From an uncultured Anaerolineales bacterium (lineage in GTDB: Bacteria; Chloroflexota; Anaerolineae; Anaerolineales; UBA11858), in contig CAZRUS010000001.1 in the NCBI GenBank assembly GCA_964603385.1, positions 12,187-76,186 of the forward strand: DNA of 64,000 nucleotides. Reading direction: 5' to 3'. Below, one piece after another: positions 45,956 through 54,500 of this stretch (within the stretch, counting starts at the first letter, position 1; each line of letters opens with the position of its first letter). The translations under genes and the position numbers were made by a program. The notes below the pieces were generated by a model, which saw only the letters and a list, made by a program, of their open reading frames with translations, was not told the DNA's origin and searched no databases.

Positions 45956-47023
45956 TTACAGGTCGAGAATCTCGTCAATTTGGGCGGTAAGCCACTCCAC
46001 ATCAGAGAGCTGCAGATCTCCCATATGAGCAATTCGGAAGCAGGTTCCCTTCAACGTTCCATAGCCGTTGGAGATCATCGCGCCCCGTTTGGCCAATTGG
46101 GCATTGAGGTCAACCACATCAATCCCATGGGTATTGTGCACATTGGTGACCGTGTTGGAGAGATATCTTTCATCCCCATAAAGGGCAAACTGTTCCCGGG
46201 CCCAGCCGCGAACGTGCTCAGCCATCTTGATATGGCGCTGGAAGCGGTTTTCCAGCCCTTCCTCGGCGATCCGGTTCAGCTGCACATTCAGCGCGTTGAT
46301 GATGCTGATCGCCGGCGTGGCCGGAGTCTGGTGTTTAACAGCTTTCTTTTCAAAGACCTGGAAGTTGAAGTAATACCCTTTGTCTTCCACTTCTGCAGAG
46401 CGGTCAAAGGCGGCATCGCTTACTGTGACAACACAGAGCCCGGGCGGGAGGGCAAAGGCTTTCTGGGTTCCGGCCAGGACGACATCCAGTCCCCAATCAT
46501 CCACTCTGATCTCCGCACCGGCCATGGAGCTGACGGCGTCCACCATGATCAGCACATCAGGGTACTTTTCCTTGACCATGGGTCCAATTTCCTCGATCGG
46601 GTTCATCACACCGGTCGAAGTTTCATTGTGAGTCAGGCAGACAGTGTCAAACCCGCCCTTAGATAGATACTCATCCACCATTTCGGGGGTGATGGCTTGG
46701 CCCATCTCCACTTCAATGACCTCTCTTTCCTTGCCATTCATTTCGGCAATTTGCGCCCAGCGCTTGGAAAAGGCGCCGCAGTTGGTCATTAAGGCTTTTT
46801 CCTTAACCACATTGCGGATCGACCCCTCCATCATGCCGGTGGAAGAGGAGGTGGAGAGGTAAATCCGGTTTTCTGTGAAGAGCATTTTTTTGAGTTTTTG
46901 GACCACTTCGCCGTGCAGATCGGAATAAAGGGAATCGCGGTGCCCGATCATGGGCATGGCCATGGCATCCAGCACCTCGTCATCTACATGAGTGGGTCCG
47001 GGGATAAACAACTTTTTGTACAC
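45956..47023 (-). CDS. class V aminotransferase (serine-glyoxylate / archaeal-type phosphoserine aminotransferase family)
   Basis: KKLFIPGPTHV... N-terminus, a ...DAVSS.. segment and ...GTQKAFALPPG... (PLP Lys region). GTG start behind RBS AAGGAGG. Confidence 0.8.
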   Translation of the reverse strand: MYKKLFIPGPTHVDDEVLDAMAMPMIGHRDSLYSDLHGEVVQKLKKMLFTENRIYLSTSSSTGMMEGSIRNVVKEKALMTNCGAFSKRWAQIAEMNGKEREVIEVEMGQAITPEMVDEYLSKGGFDTVCLTHNETSTGVMNPIEEIGPMVKEKYPDVLIMVDAVSSMAGAEIRVDDWGLDVVLAGTQKAFALPPGLCVVTVSDAAFDRSAEVEDKGYYFNFQVFEKKAVKHQTPATPAISIINALNVQLNRIAEEGLENRFQRHIKMAEHVRGWAREQFALYGDERYLSNTVTNVHNTHGIDVVDLNAQLAKRGAMISNGYGTLKGTCFRIAHMGDLQLSDVEWLTAQIDEILDL

Positions 47024-47108
47024 TAGGGCCTCCTTGGAGGAATGACATATGCTTGATGTTCAACCGTTCCTGGAGGTATAAGCCTTTCTAAAAAGCAACC
47101 TCCTCAGA

Positions 47109-47137
47109 TAGTATAAATTATCACAAAAAGGGTGTCA
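47109..47137 (-). promoter_or_regulatory. sigma70-type promoter of the aminotransferase-serA-DUF1015 operon
   Basis: Minus-strand TTGACA (47137-47132), 17-nt spacer, TATACT (47114-47109), about 80 nt before the start codon. Confidence 0.55.
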
Positions 47138-47240
47138 ATCAAGGGGAAAATTAAAACCCAGAAGGAGAGGGGAAGGGTGACCTTCTTCCTCACTCCGCAG
47201 TGATTTCTGTCTGACTGCTGCCGGTGTCCCGAGGTCAGGA

Positions 47241-47786
47241 TTAGCAGGCAAAGGGCTTCAAACAGGCATCGCAGATGATTTTTGCTTCGGCCAGAATGGA
47301 TTGTCTGATCTTGATGAAGCGGGGGGGCGAGCAGCCGCAGCGGGCGACGATACAGGGGTCGTTTTCTTCATCCTGCATTAATCTCTCCACCAGCATCAGG
47401 CCTTGAATCAATCCGATGTTGCTGGAAATGGCTTTACGCAGGCGCTGGATTGGCACCAACCAGCGAATATAAGTGTCTACCGTGAGCATCCATTGATGGC
47501 AGCCAAGCTCACAGTCCAGCACAGAGACCAGTCCGAATTCTGAGGCCGGTTGGGTGTAATGGGGCGAGAATCTGTCCACCAGAGAGATCACATCCAGGAG
47601 CATATTGGTGACCACGGTTTCCGCGGCTTCTTCCGGCGTGCTCAGATCGACATTCTGAAATAAATTCTCCCAGGCAGGGGTGTCGGCCTGGACGTCATAG
47701 GCTGAACAGACTTCTTCCCAGGCACGCTCAATCACTTCGCTTAGGTAGGCTTCAGATTGATGAGCATCTGACGGTTGTCTGTTCAT
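47241..47786 (-). CDS. hypothetical Cys-rich protein (181 aa), last gene of the hdr/met string
   Basis: ORF 58 nt downstream of hdrCB on the same strand. Cys clusters LDCELGCH, DPCIVARCGC and IICDACLKPFAC. I recognise no family. Confidence 0.45.
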   Translation of the reverse strand: MNRQPSDAHQSEAYLSEVIERAWEEVCSAYDVQADTPAWENLFQNVDLSTPEEAAETVVTNMLLDVISLVDRFSPHYTQPASEFGLVSVLDCELGCHQWMLTVDTYIRWLVPIQRLRKAISSNIGLIQGLMLVERLMQDEENDPCIVARCGCSPPRFIKIRQSILAEAKIICDACLKPFAC

Positions 47787-47844
47787 TGGACACTCCCCAT
47801 TTCTTAGCGCAATGGATCAGAGGGCATCCCGTTTTGCAGGGATC

Positions 47845-49278
47845 TCAAGAGCTGTCCCACAAGTTCTTTTCTCGCAGCATTGGCCGGGGATCAACCACGT
47901 TTTTATGCAAGACAGCGGCCTTGGCGGGCAGTCCCAGGGCCAGAGCAATCAGCTGTGTGAAATAGAGGATGGGCAGCGAACGGCTGACATCCATCTGGAA
48001 CTGACGGGCATCCAGGTTCATATGGCAGAGTGGACAGGCAACAACCACAGCATCTGCCCCCACATCCAGCGCCTGTTGGACAAGCGTGCCGCTCAGATCA
48101 ACCACAATATCCGGCCTGGTCAATGAATGGCCGGCACCGCAGCAGGTGGTTTTATAGGACCAGTCCACCACCTGGGCACCCAGCGAATCCATCAAGACAT
48201 CCATGTCCGTGGGGTTTTCTGGATGAGCAGCGCCGGTGATCTCTGGGGGCCTGGTGAGCAGACAGCCGTAGTAGCAGACCAGCTTGAGGTCCTGAAGTGG
48301 TTTCTTGACCTGCTCCTGGAGCTTCTCCGGACCGATATGATGGTAGATGGCTTCGATCATTGTGGTTACAGCTATCCGATCTTGATAGTGATAGCCCAGC
48401 TGCTCATCCATCTGCTGCCTTTTTTCCGGGTGATGCCGCATTTCATACACCGCGGCTTGGTGGCGGTTGTAGCAGGCCGCGCAGGGCATGGTCACTTCCC
48501 GGTAGCCTTTTCTCTCCAACAGGGCCAGGTTTTCCATGGGCAGGTGCAGGGCAGCCTGGGGATCAGCCCGGTGGGCTGCTGAGCTGCCGCAGCAAACCCA
48601 GCCTTTGGGTTCCTCCAGAGGAAAGTCCAGCGCTTCACAGACAGCCAGCGTGGAGTGGTTGTACTCTGAGGCAGTGGTCTCCAGGGAGCAGCCCGGATAA
48701 TAGGCTACGGTTTCGGCGGCGTCCTCCACCGGTTGAATTTTCCGTTTACTGGGCATGCGGGCCGGATGCGGAAACAGTCCCACTTTCCCTTTCTGGAAGA
48801 ATTTCCAGTACAGCTCAAGATCCTCCAGGGCAGCCATGGGCTTGTGGAGGATCATTTCTGCCATCAGTCCCGGTTCATAGGAGCGGCCCCAGATGTTGAC
48901 CTCCCGCATGAAGGCTTTGTTGAAGTTGTCCGTTTCCGGAACACGTGGCTTGATGCCTCTTTCCAACGCTTCCCGGGTGAGGAATTCCATGATGGCGGTG
49001 ATGTCCAATCCCTGCGGACAGCGGGAGGTGCAGGTCAGGCAGCTGGCACACAGCCAGGGGGTTTTGGATTTCAGAGCAATTTCTTCCTGACCGAGCTGCA
49101 CAGCGCGCATGATCTGGTTGGGCTGCCAATCAAAAAAATCAGCTACCGGACAGCCGCTGGTGCATTTGACACACTGATAGCACAGGTAGACATTCTGTCC
49201 AAGGGCTTCCTGGATCCTTGTGGCCAGCCCAGGTTGGATGGTGATGGTTTCCGGTATCTGCCGGCTGTTCTCTGTCAT
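47845..49278 (-). CDS. fused heterodisulfide reductase HdrC-HdrB-like protein
   Basis: The N-terminus has two ferredoxin-like motifs (CYQCVKCTSGCP, CASCLTCTSRCP). The C-terminus has two CCG domains (VCCGSSAAH, TCCGAGHS). Start trimmed to ATG 49278, removing the overlap with metF. Confidence 0.8.
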   Translation of the reverse strand: MTENSRQIPETITIQPGLATRIQEALGQNVYLCYQCVKCTSGCPVADFFDWQPNQIMRAVQLGQEEIALKSKTPWLCASCLTCTSRCPQGLDITAIMEFLTREALERGIKPRVPETDNFNKAFMREVNIWGRSYEPGLMAEMILHKPMAALEDLELYWKFFQKGKVGLFPHPARMPSKRKIQPVEDAAETVAYYPGCSLETTASEYNHSTLAVCEALDFPLEEPKGWVCCGSSAAHRADPQAALHLPMENLALLERKGYREVTMPCAACYNRHQAAVYEMRHHPEKRQQMDEQLGYHYQDRIAVTTMIEAIYHHIGPEKLQEQVKKPLQDLKLVCYYGCLLTRPPEITGAAHPENPTDMDVLMDSLGAQVVDWSYKTTCCGAGHSLTRPDIVVDLSGTLVQQALDVGADAVVVACPLCHMNLDARQFQMDVSRSLPILYFTQLIALALGLPAKAAVLHKNVVDPRPMLREKNLWDSS

Positions 49279-49307
49279 TTCGAGTTCCTCTTTGCTGGAA
49301 ATGGTGG

Positions 49308-50327
49308 TTAGTGGGCTTTCTCTTTCACCCTGGGTCGGGGGAGCAGGCCGGCACCTTCCACGATGGGTTGGACTGCTTCCTCCCATTCAATGGCCATGAT
49401 ATGCACTCCGGCCACCCCTTCAATCTCCCGGATTTCCCGGATCAGGTCGATGCAGATCTGGATGCCTTCCTGCTGCCAGGCCTGGGAGCGGGCTTTCTTT
49501 TCCTCCGGGGTGAGGTCTGAGGACTTCTTCCCAGCCCATTCGCTGCCGGCTTCCGTCATCCGCTGAATGATCTCATCCGGCACCAGAATCCCTGGAACGT
49601 TATTTTTCATATATCGGGCCATCCCCGGGCTCTTAATGGGGCCGACGCCGGCCAGGAGGAAAGTCTTTTCATGGATCCCCAATTCCCGGACTTTCTTCAT
49701 GTATTTTTTAAACTCCGGGATGTCGTAAACAAGCTGGGTTTGGATGAAGTTTGCCCCGGCGTGGACTTTTTTTGCCAAACGGAGCGGACGGAAGTCGATC
49801 GGATCCGCAAAAGGCGCTGCCGCAGCCCCAACGAAGAATTTCGACGCGGGGCCGGTAAAGGCATCCCCGGATTGGAAGACAGCTTTATCGCGCATCTGGG
49901 CCACCATTTCCACCATCTGGAGGGAATCCAGATCAAATACGTTCTTCGCCGTGGGATGATTTCCAAACCGTTGATGATCCCCGGTCAGGCACAGCAGGTT
50001 GCGCATCCCCAGGGCGTAGGCGCCGAGTAAGTCACTCTGAATGGCCAAGCGATTTCGGTCCCGGCAGGTCATCTGGATCACGGGTTCCAGTCCTTCCTCC
50101 ACCAGGAGGGCTCCGGCACCGATGCTGGACATTCTGACAATGGCTGTCTGGTTGTCAGTGATATTTACTGCATCCACAAATCCAGCCAGCAGAGCAGCTT
50201 TTTCCCGGATCACTTCCAGGTCGGCGCTCTGGGGGGGACCTAACTCCCCGGTGACAGCGAATTCTCCAGCTTTGAGCACCTGCTCCAGACGGGATCCGAC
50301 CAGATATCCGTTATCGTTGTTGCTCAT
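49308..50327 (-). CDS. metF: 5,10-methylenetetrahydrofolate reductase MetF
   Basis: ...AVNITDNQTAIVRMSS...MTCRDRNR...LCLTGDH... pattern of acetogen/anaerobe-type MetF, 339 aa. Confidence 0.9.
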   Translation of the reverse strand: MSNNDNGYLVGSRLEQVLKAGEFAVTGELGPPQSADLEVIREKAALLAGFVDAVNITDNQTAIVRMSSIGAGALLVEEGLEPVIQMTCRDRNRLAIQSDLLGAYALGMRNLLCLTGDHQRFGNHPTAKNVFDLDSLQMVEMVAQMRDKAVFQSGDAFTGPASKFFVGAAAAPFADPIDFRPLRLAKKVHAGANFIQTQLVYDIPEFKKYMKKVRELGIHEKTFLLAGVGPIKSPGMARYMKNNVPGILVPDEIIQRMTEAGSEWAGKKSSDLTPEEKKARSQAWQQEGIQICIDLIREIREIEGVAGVHIMAIEWEEAVQPIVEGAGLLPRPRVKEKAH

Positions 50328-50344
50328 TGTCTGCTTCTCCTCTG

Positions 50345-51028
50345 TTATTCCTGTTCAGATACCAGTCTCAAATCGTCGCGGATGATCTTCCGGGGACCCC
50401 CGTCCCGGGAGGTTTGCCAGTTCTTGGGCTGCTGGATTTCTAACAGCACCTCTGTTTTCCCCAGCGCGCTTAACCGGTCGTAAATCAGCTGCCAGGCGCA
50501 GGGGACATCCGGATCGATCTCGCAGTGTCCCTCCTCCGAGCCGCCGCAGGGGCCGTTGAGCAGGGACTTGGAGCAGCGGGCGATGGGACAGATCCCTCCT
50601 GTCAGCCCCAGGATGCAGTCTCCACAGGCCGCACAGCGCTCCTCCCAGACACCCTGCTCGGCGGGGATCCCCAGGAAGGTGGTGTTCAGTCCCGGCACCA
50701 CCCATTTCTCTGGATAACGCTCGGCAATGGCCTGCACACCAATGCCGCAGCCCAGGGAGAGGATGACCTCTGCTGAGGAAATCTCCTCCTTGATCTCATC
50801 CAGATATTCCCATTCGCATTGGCGCTGCACTGTGGCATCCGCGACTTCCCGGGGATGGCCGTTTAGTTTGGAGTTCATCCGGAGAGAAGCGGACAATATC
50901 TGGGCTTCCCGATCTCCTCCGGCAAAGCACACGGTCACACAGGTGCCGCAGCCTACCACCAGCACCTGTTCCGCATCCCCCAGTAAGGTCTGGATTTCAT
51001 TGAGCGGTTTTTGTTCGGCAATGATCAT
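50345..51028 (-). CDS. metV: MetV (methylene-THF reductase C-terminal-domain / zinc-ribbon Fe-S protein)
   Basis: GCGTCVTVC, CAACGDC, CPIARCSKSLLNGPCGG motif. It lies directly upstream of metF, as in acetogen metVF clusters. Confidence 0.8.
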   Translation of the reverse strand: MIIAEQKPLNEIQTLLGDAEQVLVVGCGTCVTVCFAGGDREAQILSASLRMNSKLNGHPREVADATVQRQCEWEYLDEIKEEISSAEVILSLGCGIGVQAIAERYPEKWVVPGLNTTFLGIPAEQGVWEERCAACGDCILGLTGGICPIARCSKSLLNGPCGGSEEGHCEIDPDVPCAWQLIYDRLSALGKTEVLLEIQQPKNWQTSRDGGPRKIIRDDLRLVSEQE

Positions 51029-51082
51029 GGCTGTCTCCTCATCGTTCCGGAATGTCCGGAGAGAATGGACCTTCCCCAGCTG

Positions 51083-51505
51083 TCATGGAGAGGTTCGCAG
51101 TGGATTGGGTCCCAGGTTCTTGATTTCTTTACTGATCTCCTCCGCTTTGGTGACAAATTCACCGGCCATAGCAGCGGAGACGTTGATCATCTGTGCGCGT
51201 GCTGGTTCAATCCCGATCTCCCCAAGAATCTCCTGCAGTCTGTTCACTCTTCTTTTTGCGTTGGTATTACCTTCCAGGTAATGGCAATCTCCGGGCAGTC
51301 AACCGGCGACCATCACCCCATCTGCTCCCTCTTCGAATGCGTGCAGGGCCAGCAGGATGTCCAGCTTGCCTGTGCAGGGGATTTCCACGATTTTGATGGT
51401 GGTGGGATACTGCAGTCTCAAGCCGCCAGCCAGGTCCGCTGCAGCATAGGCACAGTGCGTGCAGCAGTAGGACAGAATCTGTATCTTGCTGCAGTTTTCT
51501 TTCAC
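51083..51505 (-). CDS. mvhD: MvhD/FlpD-like [2Fe-2S] electron-transfer protein with in-frame TGA (51301-51299): candidate selenoprotein
   Basis: The track ORF ends ...EEGADGVMVAG-TGA. The same frame continues LPGDCHYLEGNTNAKRRV... to TGA 51085-51083, giving a 140-aa MvhD-sized protein. The TGA replaces the Cys of the GC.xGDCHY motif. The GTG start overlaps the hdrA stop (GTGA). Confidence 0.75.
51266..51282 (-). promoter_or_regulatory. candidate bacterial SECIS hairpin for mvhD
   Basis: Minus strand AUUACC-UGGAA-GGUAAU, starting 16 nt after the UGA, with G-rich apical loop. Confidence 0.35.
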
Positions 51506-54500
51506 GACGCTGTCTCCTTGCAGGGGTCTAAATAGTCAGGGACCGAGTTTTTCCACTCCTGTTGATCTGTTAATTGGGCAATTTCCTGAGCAAGCTCCGG
51601 GTGGAGCAGGGCGTGCGCTTTGGCTTGCAGCTGGAGGTCAGTGAAATGCATCAGCTCAATGGCCTTGGCCGGGCACTCCGCAGCGCAGGAGCCGCAGCCC
51701 TGGCAGACCGCGGGCTCAATATAGGCCGCGCCCTGGAGGCGGCCGATTCCAGCTGCCTCCGCCTGCATGACCGGAACTTCAAAGGGACAGATCCGCAGGC
51801 AGGTAAGACAGCCGGTGCATTTCTGCTGATCGACCTGCGCTACCCGACCGCCAGCCTTGAGGTGATCCTGACTGAGCACGATAGCTGCCCGGGAAGCCGC
51901 TGCCTGCGCCTGGATCATGCTTTCATCAAGCAGTTTTGGATAATGGGCCATCCCGGCCATGAATACGCCTTCCGTGGCAAAATCCACCGGCCGCAGCTTG
52001 ACATGGGCTTCCATGAAATACCCTTCTGCCCCCAGAGAGACTTTGAATAGGTTGGCCAGCTCCTGGCTGTCTGAGGAGGGAATCATCGGTAGTGAAAGCA
52101 CCAGCAGGTCCGCCTCAAGCTCGAGATACGAGTTCAATTTACATTCCCGGACCCGTATGGTCAGGGGCTGGGAGGGGGAGAGTCCCTCCCCCCCCTCGAG
52201 CAATTGCGGAGGGTGATCATCGTCATATCTGACGAATAACACCCCTTCCCGCCTTGCTTTGGTATAGAGCTGCTCCTTTAGACCAAAGACCCGGATATCC
52301 TTGTACAGGATGGTCACCAGAGTCTCCGGATGTTGTTGTTTTGCGGCCAGGGCATTTTTGAGAGCGGTTGTACAGCAGATCCGGCTGCAGTAGCGCTCGG
52401 CCGGGCCTATGCACTGGATCATGACCACGGATTTGAGGTCGGTGCCAGCGGGGGAAGGTTTCCGATGGGTAAGGATGGCTTCCAGGTCCTGTTGGTTGAT
52501 CACCGCGGGATGGCTGCCGTAGCCGTATTCCGCGCCTTGATACATTTCAGCCCCTGTGGCCAGGATGGTCGCCCCATGAACAATCTCCTGGTGCTTCCCG
52601 CTGGCATCTGCCGCTGTGGTGGTGAAATTCCCTTTAAACCCGGTGGTGTCAACCACCCGGGTTCCCAGATGCACGTTGATATCGGGATGATTGTCAACAT
52701 CCCTGATCAGCCGTCCCAGCACGGTTTGGGGATCCCGGTCGGTTTGAGAAAGGTAGAGCTGTCTGAGCTGTCCTCCAAGCCGATTCTCTTTTTCAATCAA
52801 ATCCACCGGGAAGCCGCTTTCAGCCAGAGTGAGGGCTGCGGTCATTCCCGCCGCGCCGCCGCCCACCACCAGGGCGGTTTTGGTGACCGGGACATCGATG
52901 GTTTTCTGCGGCTGGAGGCGGGCTGCTTTGGCAGCTGACATTCTGACCAGTTCTTTGGCTTTCTGGGTGGCTTGATCCCAATCATGGGAGTGCACCCAGG
53001 AGCATTGATTACGGATATTAGCCATTTCAAACAGGTAAGGATTGAGACTGGCGTTCCGGATGCTGTCCTGGAATAAGGGTTGATGGGTAAGCGGTGTGCA
53101 GCTGGCCACCACCACCCGGTTGAGATCTTTTTCCAACACGGTATCCGTGATGTGTTTGATACTGTCCTGCGAGCAGGTGTAAAGATTGGACTCGGCATGA
53201 ACCACATTCGGCAGGGTGCCGGCGTATTCGGTCACTTCTGGGACATCGAGGTAGCCGCCGATATTTGAGCCGCAGTGACAGATGAACACACCCACTCGAG
53301 GTTTTTGAGCACTGACATCCTTCTCCGGGGGATATTCCCGCTGCTGGGTGAGTGAAAAGCGGGCCTGACCGAGGTGGGTGCCAATGCCACCCGCTGCGCC
53401 GCTCGCTTCCATAACCGATTCCGGAATATCTTTCGGCTCCCGGAATGGTCCTGCCGCATAGATCCCTGGACGGCTGGTTTCTACGGGATTGAAGCGTACG
53501 GTGTGGCAGAATCCATATTCATCCAGCTCAATTCCCAGCTGCCTGGCCAGGGCCTGGACGCTGTCTGCGATCTCCATACCCACGGAAAGCACCACCAGAT
53601 CAAATACTTCTTCAACGGGGGCGGAGGCCCGACCGTTTTCCGGGGGACAGCGGAGAATCAGATTTCCGGTGGAAGGATCTTGTTTTATCTCGGAGATCCG
53701 ACAGTGGTGATAGTGGACCCCGTAGTGATCGCTGGCTCGCTGAAAGTATTCCAGATACCCTTTGGAAAAGGCCCGGTTGTCCATGAAAAAGATCTCGATC
53801 TCGGTTTCCGGGTAGTGGTCCCGGGTGATCAGCGCTTCCTTGGTGGCATACATGCAGCACACAGAGGAGCAGTAATCATGCTGCTGGTCCCGGGAGCCGA
53901 TGCACTGCAGAAAGGCAATCCTCCGGGGGGTTTTCTGGTCGGAAGGGCGTTCAATATGACCCATGGTAGGCCCGGAGGCGGAAAGCAGCCGTTCATACTG
54001 CAGGGAGGTGATCACATTGGGATAGCGGCCGAACCCGAATTCCTCGGAGAGCTCTGCCTGATAAGTTTGATATCCGGGAGCTAGAATGATCCCGCCAACC
54101 GGGAGGGTTCTCTCGGTGGCGACCATGTCGTGATCGATGGCATCCCGGCCGCAGGCAAAAACACAGGACATGCATTCGGAGCATATGCCGCAGGCCAGAC
54201 AGCGGGCCGCCTCGGCACGAGCGCTTTCCTCGTCATACCCGGATTCCACTTCGGCGAAATTGTTGACCCGCTGGGAGACATCCAGCTCCGGCATAGGCAC
54301 CCGCGGTTGAGGGCTGATCTCCCCGCGAGCCTGACGTTCTTGAATTTCCTGCTCGGAGAGTTCAACCACCGGCAGGGGAGGTTTCCGGGGAGGCTCGAGG
54401 TGTTTCCCCTCCAGGTAGCGCTGCATGGAACGGGCAGCGGTGTGTCCGCTGGCAACGGATTCAATCACAAAAGCTGTTCCAGAAACGCTGTCGCCGGCGG

